64,000 nucleotides of DNA from Patescibacteria group bacterium (GCA_040387855.1 JAZKCY010000001.1:381857-445856), one strand, 5' to 3'; positions 47,261 through 56,811 are shown, numbered from the stretch's first letter. Made by a program: numbers and translations. Notes: generated from the sequence alone by a model not told the origin.

Positions 47261-47905
47261 ATGAAAAATCGCAGTTCAAAAATAATAACAATAGTACTTG
47301 CTATAGTAGTAGTACTTATCGTTGGGGCATATCTTATTTACAAGTCAGTAGGTCCAAAGGTACTAGCATTCACTATAGAGCAACCATCATTGATTGCTAC
47401 AGGAAAGAAACTTTCAAATGTTGAAGTATGGGCAATTCAAAACAATGAAGGAAAAGAAGTTGCAGTAAAGCTTGGAGCCATGGAACTTCAGGAAGCAGAT
47501 GCAAATGGAAACCAGACATGGACAATGGAAGTGCCAGAAAAGCCATCAGCAGAGGTTACAAAGCTTGTCGCACGAGGTTATGCAAGTAGTTTCCGTGTTG
47601 GAACATTAGAACTTCCAGCCGCAACACCTGCAGATCTTAATGCAGAAGTATGGCCATCAAAATCAGTTGAAGGTATTACCGGAGGTATTAAATCTATTAC
47701 AGGTAAGAAAATGGAATTCGGAATGGATGTACCAGTAGGAGGAATGCTCAACGTGACCCTTGCTGACAACGTTAAAATAACCGATTCACGAGGACGACCT
47801 GCAGCAGTAAGCTTGCTTAAGCCACGAACTAGAATTGCAATTATCGGAGAATTTACAGACGATATTGAATTCATGGCAACAGCAATCGAAATTCTCGCTA
47901 AATAA
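47261..47905 (+). CDS. Membrane-anchored hypothetical protein with C-terminal OB/DUF5666-like domain
   Basis: N-terminal TM; GGIKSITG...V.LADNVKI...LKPRTRIAIIG...FMATAIEI. Confidence 0.55.
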   Translation: MKNRSSKIITIVLAIVVVLIVGAYLIYKSVGPKVLAFTIEQPSLIATGKKLSNVEVWAIQNNEGKEVAVKLGAMELQEADANGNQTWTMEVPEKPSAEVTKLVARGYASSFRVGTLELPAATPADLNAEVWPSKSVEGITGGIKSITGKKMEFGMDVPVGGMLNVTLADNVKITDSRGRPAAVSLLKPRTRIAIIGEFTDDIEFMATAIEILAK

Positions 47906-47927
47906 ACCTCAAAATAACTTTAGTTTC

Positions 47928-47963
47928 AGAAAACAGCTTTACACATGAGTAAAGCTGTTTTCT
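47928..47963 (+). terminator. Terminator hairpin
   Basis: agaaaacagctttac-acatga-gtaaagctgttttct, perfect 15-bp stem. Confidence 0.75.
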
Positions 47964-47981
47964 ATTGCCTCATTAAGCCAT

Positions 47982-48050
47982 AAAGTGGATAAGTATGGTT
48001 GAGAATGGTTGAGAGTGGTATATAATGGTATGAAGTGGGATGAAGTGGTA
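47982..48050 (+). promoter_or_regulatory. MraZ operator: seven RTGG boxes at exact 10-nt period, overlapping TATAAT
   Basis: [G/A]TGG at 47985, 47995, 48005, 48015, 48025, 48035 and 48045; TATAAT at 48021. Confidence 0.8.
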
Positions 48051-48076
48051 TATCCGACAAATAATAGAAACACATA

Positions 48077-48511
48077 ATGTTAATTGGCGAATATACACAC
48101 TCAATAGACGATAAGAACAGAATGTCTTTGCCAGCAAAATTCCGAAAGGAAGTTGGTAAGAAAGTCGTTCTAACTCATGGTCTAGATAATTGTTTATTCA
48201 TTTACCCACTAAAGGAATGGGAGAAGATTGCAGAGAAACTCTCTGGATTGAGTATGGGACAAGCAGATACTCGAGGGTTCAACCGATTTATGCTTGCAGG
48301 TGCAGCAGAAGTTGATGTTGATGCAGTTGGACGAATGCTTATCCCAGAGCATCTTGCCAATTTTGCAAAGCTTGAAGGAAAAGTAGTATGTGCTGGTGTG
48401 CATAACCGAATCGAATTATGGAACGAAACGACATGGATGGATTACAAGAAGAGAATTTCAGCACAAGCCGACCAACTAGCCGAAAAGCTCGGGGAGATCG
48501 GAGTATTGTAA
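48077..48511 (+). CDS. mraZ: Division/cell wall cluster repressor MraZ
   Basis: GEYTHSIDDKNR, DAVGRMLIP, RIELWN. Confidence 0.95.
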   Translation: MLIGEYTHSIDDKNRMSLPAKFRKEVGKKVVLTHGLDNCLFIYPLKEWEKIAEKLSGLSMGQADTRGFNRFMLAGAAEVDVDAVGRMLIPEHLANFAKLEGKVVCAGVHNRIELWNETTWMDYKKRISAQADQLAEKLGEIGVL

Positions 48512-49416
48512 GTGCGCCATTTGGCCACATAAGTGTTCTTTTACATGAAGCAATAGATGGTTTGGACTTAAAGTCAGGCGATATCCTGCTTGATGGAACG
48601 CTCGGAAGCGGGGGACACACTGAAGGAGTGGTCAAACGACATGGAGATTCTATTAAGATAATCGCACTTGATGCAGATGAAGATGCTTTAGCTCGATCTA
48701 AAAAAAGATTGGCTGAGTATAAAAAATCTGACATTACCTTTGTTCAAGAGAATTTTAGAAATTTAGATAAAGTTCTAGATACTCTAAAAATAGAGCATGT
48801 TACTAAAGTGCTCTTGGATATCGGACTGAGTTCAAACCAATTTGAAGAGTCAGGAAGAGGATTCTCCTTCCAGAAAGATGAGCCTCTAGCTATGACTTTC
48901 AAAAAGAATCCATCTGAAGAAGATGTTACCGCACGAGTAATCGTCAATGAATGGAGTGAAGAAACACTCAATCTCATTTTGAAAGGCTATGGAGAAGAGC
49001 AGTTTGCCTACAAGATCGCAAAAGCGATTGTAGCAACACGCGAAGAATATCCCATAGAAACAACAGGAGAACTTGTAGCAATTATAGATGCTGTTGTGCC
49101 AGGGTGGTACAAGCACCGCAAAATGCATTTTGCAACAAAGACATTTCAAGCATTGCGAATTGCAGCAAATGATGAACTTAAGGCTTTGGAAGAGGGAATT
49201 AAAAAAGCCTTCGATAAATTGGAAAAAAATGGCAGATTAGCAGTCATATCATTCCATAGTTTAGAGGATCGCATCGTAAAACAATTTTTTAAACAGAAAC
49301 AAACTGAAGGTACGGCAATTCTTTTAACAAAAAAGCCAATTATACCCAGTGATGAAGAATTAGAAGTAAATAGAAGGGCACGTAGCGCAAAATTAAGAAT
49401 ATTAGTTAAACAGTAA
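48418..49416 (+). CDS. rsmH: 16S rRNA m4C1402 methyltransferase (start uncertain)
   Basis: HISVLL, DGTLGSGGH, DIGLSS, RGFSF, FQALRI, ISFHSLEDR, RARSAKLR. Confidence 0.95.
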   Translation: MERNDMDGLQEENFSTSRPTSRKARGDRSIVSAPFGHISVLLHEAIDGLDLKSGDILLDGTLGSGGHTEGVVKRHGDSIKIIALDADEDALARSKKRLAEYKKSDITFVQENFRNLDKVLDTLKIEHVTKVLLDIGLSSNQFEESGRGFSFQKDEPLAMTFKKNPSEEDVTARVIVNEWSEETLNLILKGYGEEQFAYKIAKAIVATREEYPIETTGELVAIIDAVVPGWYKHRKMHFATKTFQALRIAANDELKALEEGIKKAFDKLEKNGRLAVISFHSLEDRIVKQFFKQKQTEGTAILLTKKPIIPSDEELEVNRRARSAKLRILVKQ

Positions 49417-49420
49417 GCAT

Positions 49421-49750
49421 ATGAACTCACGAACAAAAACATTAAGTGTACCAGTATGGCATAAAGTTAGTACAAAGGTTCTTTTCTTTGTTCTTGCAAG
49501 CTGTCTTGTAACCGTGTTTGCTGTGTATGCTTTTATGGTGAATAAAACCATTATGAATGTGGTAGCTCGAGAAGATCTTGAGCAAGAAATTGCAAACCTA
49601 TCTTCAACAATAGGAGAACTTGAATTTAAATATATGAGTGTGAAGAGCAAAGTAACTCTTGATCTCGCATATGAAAAAGGATTTCAGGATGCTGTGCCAT
49701 CACAGTTTGTATCACGAACTGGTCCTGCACTTTCATACAACACTCGATAA
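49421..49750 (+). CDS. ftsL: FtsL-like cell division protein
   Basis: Single TM plus coiled coil between rsmH and ftsI. Confidence 0.6.
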   Translation: MNSRTKTLSVPVWHKVSTKVLFFVLASCLVTVFAVYAFMVNKTIMNVVAREDLEQEIANLSSTIGELEFKYMSVKSKVTLDLAYEKGFQDAVPSQFVSRTGPALSYNTR

Positions 49751-49777
49751 TAGTCCGTGGTATACTAAAAGGGTATT

Positions 49778-51484
49778 ATGAGCTCCAACGTAACAAGAAT
49801 TCGACTTATTTCTATTGCAGTAATTATTTTTGCTGGAATGCTTGTTACAAAACTATATTATGTTCAAATCGTATCAGGTGATACGTTTTCAGAGCGTGCA
49901 GATCGACAATATACTCGTCCAGTTGGAGGGGTTTTTAATCGTGGAACAGTTTTCTTCCAAGCAAAAGATGGAACACTTATGGCAGCAGCGTCACTTAAGA
50001 CTGGATACACTGTTGCAGTAAATCCAAAGCTTTTAAAAAAGCCAGATGAAGTATATGAAAAAATAAATAAACTTTTACCACTTGAAAAAGAACTTTTTAT
50101 TACTAAAGCTACAAAGTTGAATGATCCTTATGAAGAAATTGCAAAGAGAATAGAACCTGATGTTGCTGTTTCTATAGATAATTTAAATATCCCAGGTGTA
50201 AATATTTATAAAGAAAAATGGAGATACTATCCGGGTGAAAATTTGGCATCACAAGTCTTAGGCTTCGTGGGTTTTAAAGGTGATTCACTCGGTGGACGAT
50301 ACGGTCTTGAAAATCAGTATGAAAGTGTACTAAAGCGAACTGATGAAAATGTGTATGTAAACTTTTTTGCTGAAATCTTTTCAGATATTCATAAAACCTT
50401 TACTGATACAGGTACAATAGAAGGAGATATTACATCAACTATAGAACCAAATGTTCAAACTTTCGTTGAAAAAGAATTGAAAGAACTAAATGAGAAGTTC
50501 AACTCAAAGCTTACTGGGGGAATCGTGATAGACCCAAATACTGGCGAGATAGTTTCAATGGCTGCATATCCTAGCTACAATCCAAATTCATTCCAAACCG
50601 AAAAGAATGTAGGTGTGTTTACAAACCCAATGGTACAAAATGTGTACGAAATGGGTTCTATTGTAAAACCTCTCACCGTAGCTGCGGGAATCGATTCAGG
50701 TGCTATTACTGCAGATACTACCTATTATGATGCAGGTTTTCTAACTATGAATGGTAAGACTATTTATAACTACGATAAAAAAGGAAGAGGTACGGTAGAC
50801 ATGCAGCAAGTGCTCAATAAGTCTCTCAACACTGGTGTATCGTTTATAGTTAAAAAAATGGGGAATAAAAAGTTCTCACAGTATATGCTTGATTTTGGTT
50901 TGGGCGAGAGAACAGGAATAGATTTACCAAACGAATCAAAAGGATTGGTTGAAAACCTAAAGAGTACTCGAGATATCGAACATGCCACTGCGTCATTCGG
51001 GCAAGGTATTGCTATGAGCCCAATTGCTATTACACGCGCACTTTCAACCTTAGCAAACGGAGGAAAATTAATTACTCCCCATGTTGTAAAAAAGATTGAT
51101 TACAAAGTGGGTTTTTCAAAAGAGATTACGTATCCTGAAGGTAAACAAGTGTTAAAGCCTGAAACATCAAAAGAAATATCTCGTATGCTTACCGAAGTCG
51201 TAGACAAAGCTTTGCTTGAAGGTAAAGTAAAAATGGATAATTATTCTATTGCTGCAAAAACCGGAACTGCTCAAATCGCAAACGGAGGAAGTAGAGGATA
51301 TACCGATGAGAAATATCTCCACTCATTCTTTGGATATTTCCCAGCAACTAATCCCAAATTTTTAGTTTTCTTGTATACTGTAGAGCCTCAGGGTGTGGAA
51401 TATGCCTCAAACTCTCTGACTGAGCCGTTTGTGGATATTACTAAATACTTGATAAACTATTACGAAGTACCACCAGACAGATAA
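49778..51484 (+). CDS. ftsI: Class B penicillin-binding protein FtsI/PBP3
   Basis: YEMGSIVK, SLN, SFGQG, KTGTAQ; position in the dcw cluster. Confidence 0.9.
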   Translation: MSSNVTRIRLISIAVIIFAGMLVTKLYYVQIVSGDTFSERADRQYTRPVGGVFNRGTVFFQAKDGTLMAAASLKTGYTVAVNPKLLKKPDEVYEKINKLLPLEKELFITKATKLNDPYEEIAKRIEPDVAVSIDNLNIPGVNIYKEKWRYYPGENLASQVLGFVGFKGDSLGGRYGLENQYESVLKRTDENVYVNFFAEIFSDIHKTFTDTGTIEGDITSTIEPNVQTFVEKELKELNEKFNSKLTGGIVIDPNTGEIVSMAAYPSYNPNSFQTEKNVGVFTNPMVQNVYEMGSIVKPLTVAAGIDSGAITADTTYYDAGFLTMNGKTIYNYDKKGRGTVDMQQVLNKSLNTGVSFIVKKMGNKKFSQYMLDFGLGERTGIDLPNESKGLVENLKSTRDIEHATASFGQGIAMSPIAITRALSTLANGGKLITPHVVKKIDYKVGFSKEITYPEGKQVLKPETSKEISRMLTEVVDKALLEGKVKMDNYSIAAKTGTAQIANGGSRGYTDEKYLHSFFGYFPATNPKFLVFLYTVEPQGVEYASNSLTEPFVDITKYLINYYEVPPDR

Positions 51485-51502
51485 TTCCAGATAATAAATC
51501 AT

Positions 51503-52813
51503 ATGAAAACGTTATTTAAGAAAGCAGTTATTTCTATTCTTAGTTGGGAGGCTCGGATGGTTTTGAAGAAATATAAACCAAAGATTGTAGGAGTAACCGG
51601 ATCAGTTGGAAAGACTTCTACAAAAGATGCTATTTACACAGTCCTTTCAGCAAAATTTAAAACTCGAAAAAGTCAGAAAAGCTTTAATAGCGAATTTGGA
51701 GTGCCGCTTACAATTTTAGGATTGCCAAATGGTTGGAATAATCCTTTTATTTGGTTGCTAAATATTATAGAGGGATTTTTGTTTTTTGTTTTGCCATTTA
51801 AATATCCCGAGTGGCTCGTACTTGAGATTGGAGCTGACATGCCTGGTGATATTAAGAAAATTACTGAATGGGTAAAACCTGATGTTTCTGTTATTACTCG
51901 TTTTGGAGATGTTCCTGTGCATGTGGAATTTTTCCCATCTATTGAAGATCTCATAAATGAAAAGGGGCATCTTGCACGAGCATTAAAGCCAGATGGAACT
52001 CTTATTTTAAATAATGATGACAAGCGTGTTATTGCTTTTGGTGAAAGTGATCTCCATAAAAAAATTACCTATGGTAGAGAATTTGGTGCACAGGTACATG
52101 CAACAGATGAACGAATTGCTTACAAGAAATATGAAAATTCAGAATTAGAATTTCCAGAGGGAATTAATTTTAAGATTAATCATGCAGGCACAAGCATACC
52201 GGCATATGTGCATGAGACACTGGGATATCAGCACATGTATCCCATCTTAGCAGCAACTGCTGTGGGTATTTCACAAGGGATGAATCTTGTTGAAATTTCA
52301 GAAGCACTAGAAAATCATCAGTCACCAAAAGGACGAATGCGGCTTATTGCAGGAAACAGAGATACTCTTATTGTAGACGATACCTACAACTCTTCTCCTG
52401 TGGCTGCTCATGCTGCACTTGAAGCACTTACTGAACTTAAACTTGCTGGAAGAAAAATCGCTGTTCTTGGAGACATGATGGAGCTTGGTGATTATTCAAT
52501 TGATGAACATAAAAAGATAGGGGAAGCAGCTGCAAAGACTGTTGATTTGTTTGTGGCTGTGGGTATTCGAATGCGAGGTGCTGCAGAGGCTGCGCTTGAT
52601 GCACAGATGGATGAAATGAGTGTTATGCAGTTTGATACATCAGTTGAAGCCGCACAGTTCTTAGAGAAAATAATTAAGCCCGGAGATATTGTGCTTATTA
52701 AAGGCTCTCAGTCTATGCGTATGGAACGAGCAGTAGAAGAAATCATGAGACATCCAGAACATGCAGAAGATCTCTTAGTACGCCAGGATAAACAGTGGAT
52801 TGCTAAAAAGTAG
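51503..52813 (+). CDS. murF: UDP-MurNAc-tripeptide:D-Ala-D-Ala ligase
   Basis: GVTGSVGKTSTK, DDTYNSSP, LGDMMELG, LIKGSQ. Confidence 0.9.
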   Translation: MKTLFKKAVISILSWEARMVLKKYKPKIVGVTGSVGKTSTKDAIYTVLSAKFKTRKSQKSFNSEFGVPLTILGLPNGWNNPFIWLLNIIEGFLFFVLPFKYPEWLVLEIGADMPGDIKKITEWVKPDVSVITRFGDVPVHVEFFPSIEDLINEKGHLARALKPDGTLILNNDDKRVIAFGESDLHKKITYGREFGAQVHATDERIAYKKYENSELEFPEGINFKINHAGTSIPAYVHETLGYQHMYPILAATAVGISQGMNLVEISEALENHQSPKGRMRLIAGNRDTLIVDDTYNSSPVAAHAALEALTELKLAGRKIAVLGDMMELGDYSIDEHKKIGEAAAKTVDLFVAVGIRMRGAAEAALDAQMDEMSVMQFDTSVEAAQFLEKIIKPGDIVLIKGSQSMRMERAVEEIMRHPEHAEDLLVRQDKQWIAKK

Positions 52814-52857
52814 TTTTTTAGGTAGTTTTACATAATGACTTGCTAAGCAGGTCTAAG

Positions 52858-52929
52858 GGCCTCATCGTCTAACGGTTAGGACAGAAGCTTCTCAAGCTTT
52901 AAATCGGGGTTCGATTCCCCGTGAGGTCA
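52858..52929 (+). tRNA. tRNA-Glu (CTC), CCA not encoded
   Basis: GGCCTCA TCGTCTAACGGTTAGGAC, anticodon loop TTCTCAA, GGTTCGATTCC, TGAGGTC A. Confidence 0.95.
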
Positions 52930-52976
52930 CATTTACTCTCAAAATCACATCAGTATGGGTGTGCTATACTTCACCC

Positions 52977-54209
52977 ATGCCTGATAAGTCTCCTACAGAA
53001 AAACAGCGAGAAATGAGAGATAAGATAGTCGGAGATCAAAAGCGCCTAGGTGCTGTTGAGCAAACGACCCTTGTTAATTCCATCGAGGAAGAGTCATTCG
53101 ATCGTCTCACACGCCTTGCTTCAAAGCTATTAAAGACTCCTGTCTCATTTGTTACGCTTCTCGAAAAAGATCGTGATTTTGTGAAGAGTCATTATGGTCT
53201 GCCTCAGCCTATTTCAGAAAGCCGAGAAATTACTGCTCATCCTTCTTTTTGCCAACATATAATCACTCATCGTGAGCCTCTTATTATTGAAGATGCTCGT
53301 ACTTCTGAAATATTTAAAGATTTTCCATCTGTTAAACACATGGGTGTTGTGGCATATGCGGGAATGCCACTTATCACTCCTGAAGGGTATGCACTAGGTA
53401 CATGCTGTGTTCTTGATTTCAAAAAACGAAGTTGGACCGATGATGAAATTGAAATTCTCTCCGAGCTCACTAAATCAGTTTTAACTGAAATAGAATTGCG
53501 TAAACTTACTGTGAAACTTGAGAAAGAGACCGCTACAAAAGATGAATTCATTTCTATTGCTGCTCATGAGTTGAAGACACCTTTAACCAGTCTTAAAATG
53601 TTTTCTCAACTTTTACATAAAAAGATGATTATGGAGAAAGAAGAGCGTTTTATACCTGAGGTCAAAAAAATTGATGGGCAAGTCACAAAGATTCATAGTC
53701 TCATTTCACAGCTTTTTGATACAAGCTCAATGCAGAGAAGCAACATTTCCCTGCAAAAAAATGATGTAATTATTAATGAACTTATTGAAAAGACCGTAGA
53801 AGAATTTGTTGGCGATACATCAGAAGGGAAGCCCCCAATTATATTCACTACACAAGCTCTCTTTACCGTTTGCGTTGATCAAGATCGAATTACTCAGGTA
53901 GTAAGAAATTTACTTTCAAACGCGTTTAAGTATGCGCCGCATTCACAAAAAATTGATATTACTATTGAAGAAATAGATTCTCGTATAAAAGTATCTGTAA
54001 AAGATTATGGTCCAGGTATTTCAGAAGTTGAATCAAAAAAGATTTTTGATCGATTTTATCAAGTAAAAAATCCTAATGATCATGTGCCTGTCGGATTAGG
54101 ACTTGGATTGTATATTTGTGCAACGATTATTCAGGCGCATGGTGGTGTACTTGGTGTGGAAAGTGAGTTGGGTAAAGGTTCTACCTTTTATTTTACACTG
54201 CCAAAATAG
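52977..54209 (+). CDS. Cytoplasmic GAF-domain sensor histidine kinase (no regulator nearby)
   Basis: FDRLTRLA...YAGMPL...LGTCCVLD (GAF); AAHELKTPL, NLLSNAFKY, DYGPGI, GLGLGL. Confidence 0.9.
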   Translation: MPDKSPTEKQREMRDKIVGDQKRLGAVEQTTLVNSIEEESFDRLTRLASKLLKTPVSFVTLLEKDRDFVKSHYGLPQPISESREITAHPSFCQHIITHREPLIIEDARTSEIFKDFPSVKHMGVVAYAGMPLITPEGYALGTCCVLDFKKRSWTDDEIEILSELTKSVLTEIELRKLTVKLEKETATKDEFISIAAHELKTPLTSLKMFSQLLHKKMIMEKEERFIPEVKKIDGQVTKIHSLISQLFDTSSMQRSNISLQKNDVIINELIEKTVEEFVGDTSEGKPPIIFTTQALFTVCVDQDRITQVVRNLLSNAFKYAPHSQKIDITIEEIDSRIKVSVKDYGPGISEVESKKIFDRFYQVKNPNDHVPVGLGLGLYICATIIQAHGGVLGVESELGKGSTFYFTLPK

Positions 54210-54326
54210 TTTGTTGAAGTTTGATTTTATTCTTCTATTTAGATACTCTAGCCTACAGAGTCGAGCAATCGACAAAGCTTTTGTACGCAGCTTGAAGCGT
54301 ACCGTTTGACAAGGAAAGGAAACGAC

Positions 54327-55010
54327 ATGTTTCCACAGAGAATTCGTGACCAACGGGGGTGGATCAAGGTGTATGAGGAACAGGGGGCCTACTGGCGACA
54401 CAATGGCCATGCCACTGCTCCTCATGCACTCCTCACAAAGGGAGATCACTCTGACGGTTTCTTTTTGAGCAGACTTGTCACGGATGACGATACGTTGCTG
54501 GGTGAAGCGTCCTCAGATCTGATGGACGCTTCGCGTGAGATTCTTGATCTGTGGAAGGTTAAGCGGATCGTAGGGCCTCAAACCGGCGCGACCAAACTCG
54601 CCCAAGCAGTCGCTGGGAAGATGCTGTTGGTCACCGGCAACAGCGTCGGTTGGGCTTCGCCAAAGAAGCCTGATGATGGCAAAGGCCCGATGACCTTCGA
54701 CGATCCTGCCAACATGGTCATGCCGGGGGAGATCGTCCTTCTCTGCGAGGACGTGGTGACCACTGGCGGTAGCGTGAAGCAGGCTGCCGATGCTGTCACG
54801 GCTGCAGGTGGGATCGTCCTGCCGTTTGTCCTTTCCCTCGTGAATCGTGGAGGACTTGAAGTTGCCCACGGTCGGAAGGTGATCGCGCTCATCAATCAGC
54901 CGATGAAGACTTGGTCACCGGCCGACTGCCCGTTGTGCCCGCGTTCCGAGGCGATCAGTCCCAAGCGCCCGGATGGCAATTGGCTTCGTCTCACCAAACA
55001 TGCTGCCTGA
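54327..55010 (+). CDS. pyrE: Orotate phosphoribosyltransferase-like protein, GC-rich
   Basis: HALLTKGDHSDGFF, VLLCEDVVTTGGSV (PRPP loop), NRG, CPLC; AAGGAAAGGA SD. Confidence 0.75.
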   Translation: MFPQRIRDQRGWIKVYEEQGAYWRHNGHATAPHALLTKGDHSDGFFLSRLVTDDDTLLGEASSDLMDASREILDLWKVKRIVGPQTGATKLAQAVAGKMLLVTGNSVGWASPKKPDDGKGPMTFDDPANMVMPGEIVLLCEDVVTTGGSVKQAADAVTAAGGIVLPFVLSLVNRGGLEVAHGRKVIALINQPMKTWSPADCPLCPRSEAISPKRPDGNWLRLTKHAA

Positions 55011-55056
55011 CAACAGGTGGTTTTTTTATTATCTAAATAGAAGCTATACTATCCTT

Positions 55057-55587
55057 ATGAATTACATCTATCACTGGGTGCCAGAAGATATGCAAGGAGA
55101 TACACTTTATCCATTAAATATACTAAAAGATCTCCATCCAGATTTGTATGCAACAGAAGCTTTAAAATATACAGGACGTGAACGAGTAATGCAGCAACAA
55201 ATTCCAATACTCAATTGTTTATGGAATGATGTTATTCATTTTTCTCCCATTCATCCATGGATAATTAAACAAGCACTTATTGATGCAGGAAGAACAAAAT
55301 CATTTACAACAAGTTTTTTTGAAATTGATCCACACCTTTTAACTCCAGAAAATACTATTGTCTATTTACATAAACACACGGACAAAACACATAAAATGAC
55401 TGAAGAGAACTTTGCCAAATTTGATCCAGATAATGTTGGTCAGTATGCAGAGCTTCCTCAAGTTACAAAAGACTACTATAAAGAAATGTATGGAAAAGGG
55501 GAGCGACCACTATTATTTGTAGGAGTACCGCATATTTTATATAAAGGTTCTATTAATACTAATGAAATAAAAAGAATCAGCTTGTAA
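55057..55587 (+). CDS. Hypothetical protein of a conserved type
   Basis: YHWVPEDMQGDTLYPLN, LNCLWNDVIHFSPIHP, PHILYKG; AT-rich with a -10 box just before ATG. Confidence 0.65.
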   Translation: MNYIYHWVPEDMQGDTLYPLNILKDLHPDLYATEALKYTGRERVMQQQIPILNCLWNDVIHFSPIHPWIIKQALIDAGRTKSFTTSFFEIDPHLLTPENTIVYLHKHTDKTHKMTEENFAKFDPDNVGQYAELPQVTKDYYKEMYGKGERPLLFVGVPHILYKGSINTNEIKRISL

Positions 55588-55642
55588 TGTTTTGACAGTA
55601 AAGGTAGATATGGTATAAAGCAGGCTGAAAGGAGAACCTTCC

Positions 55643-56035
55643 ATGGCTAAAAAGCCTGCTGCTCGCGTTCGTCGTGGAGTAGACTTCGTCGAACAAATGA
55701 GGGTGTTACTCGCTAATGCAAAGTTCGAGGCTGGAAACGTCTACCATCGAACGGCTGTCGATGTCCTCGTGCTCATAGACGATGCTCGACAGCCGCGAAG
55801 CGAAGACCCATTACCCATTGTTAGGGTAAAGTGCAATGCACGATCCAGGAGGATCGCTGATTGGCTCGGGCTCGAGGTTGCACTTTTTTCAGTTGAGCAA
55901 AAAGCTGTCGTTGCCACAGGGACACTCAACATCGATGGTGAAGTGTGTTTTCGGAACACTAAGCCAGGTGCATATGAGCTTCGACCGTGGTCTGTTGAGC
56001 AAAATACATCCGTCCCCCCAGAGGTTAATTCTTAG
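55643..56035 (+). CDS. GC-elevated orphan protein
   Basis: TTGACA-16-TATAAA promoter, AAAGGAG SD, downstream hairpin plus T run. Confidence 0.65.
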   Translation: MAKKPAARVRRGVDFVEQMRVLLANAKFEAGNVYHRTAVDVLVLIDDARQPRSEDPLPIVRVKCNARSRRIADWLGLEVALFSVEQKAVVATGTLNIDGEVCFRNTKPGAYELRPWSVEQNTSVPPEVNS

Positions 56036-56092
56036 GGTGGCGGTTTTTTTATTGACATCCTACTCAACGATACGATACACTTATTTATAAGT

Positions 56093-56182
56093 ATGAAAAC
56101 ATACGCACAACATTTTGGTTTTGCCGTCCGACCCGTCTTTATTCCTATCCATGGGAGATGTTTTGCTGTATATAAAAACTAA
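56093..56182 (+). CDS. Putative 29-aa leader peptide (uORF)
   Basis: MKTYAQHFGFAVRPVFIPIHGRCFAVYKN*, just after TTGACA-18-TACACT. Confidence 0.4.
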   Translation: MKTYAQHFGFAVRPVFIPIHGRCFAVYKN

Positions 56183-56206
56183 TTTTGTTTTAAATATAAT
56201 TTTTAG

Positions 56207-56237
56207 AAACATCTCCCGCAAGGAGATGTTTTTGTTT
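56207..56237 (+). terminator. Terminator-like hairpin with a competing upstream pairing partner
   Basis: aaacatctcc-cgcaa-ggagatgttt followed by ttgttt. Confidence 0.6.
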
Positions 56238-56337
56238 GGAATATGTGCGGTACTTGAGGTAATGCATATGTTCCAGACTGGATGTTTGGAGTTTGCAACG
56301 TAGCAAGCTTGTTCTTTCAATCAGATTGGAGTACGTC

Positions 56338-56811
56338 ATGAGTCTTGTTCATGTTGAGGCTACCCGTGGCAGTGTCGCACTCACGATCTCGGCCGTCGCC
56401 GGTACTCGAGCCTGTGCTGTGCTCGATCGTTTGGCTGAGCCTCACAACGGCACAAAAACCATCTCGGTCTTTCCCGAACCATGGGTCGACAATCGTCGGC
56501 ATGGTCTCGTGACCTTGGTGAAAGGGATCGATGTGAAGATCCCACTCACACTTGTGCGGGTGAATCGATCAGAGGATGCTGAGGGTGTGCTCATGGTCGA
56601 TGCCATGGGTGTCGATGTGACATTATTCTCAATGCCGTACCGAGTGGATGAAGGACGAGGGTTGTGTCTCATGTCCATCGGTGCTCATGTCGTCGACGGA
56701 CAGATCGACAAGATCGCTCGCAATGTTCTGGCCATTCTTGCTGCATGCACAAGCTTTGCTAAGGATGCTCAGGGTCGAATGTATTTTGATCCACATCTGA
56801 AGCTCAGCTAG
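56338..56811 (+). CDS. GC-elevated orphan protein
   Basis: GGAG 6 nt before ATG 56338; terminator ctggaagcg-tat-cgcttccag-tttttt after the stop. Confidence 0.6.
   Translation: MSLVHVEATRGSVALTISAVAGTRACAVLDRLAEPHNGTKTISVFPEPWVDNRRHGLVTLVKGIDVKIPLTLVRVNRSEDAEGVLMVDAMGVDVTLFSMPYRVDEGRGLCLMSIGAHVVDGQIDKIARNVLAILAACTSFAKDAQGRMYFDPHLKLS

Noticed and set aside
49778-52813. murE missing between ftsI and murF
   Set aside because: Fragmented dcw clusters are common in reduced genomes; absence cannot be judged from one window
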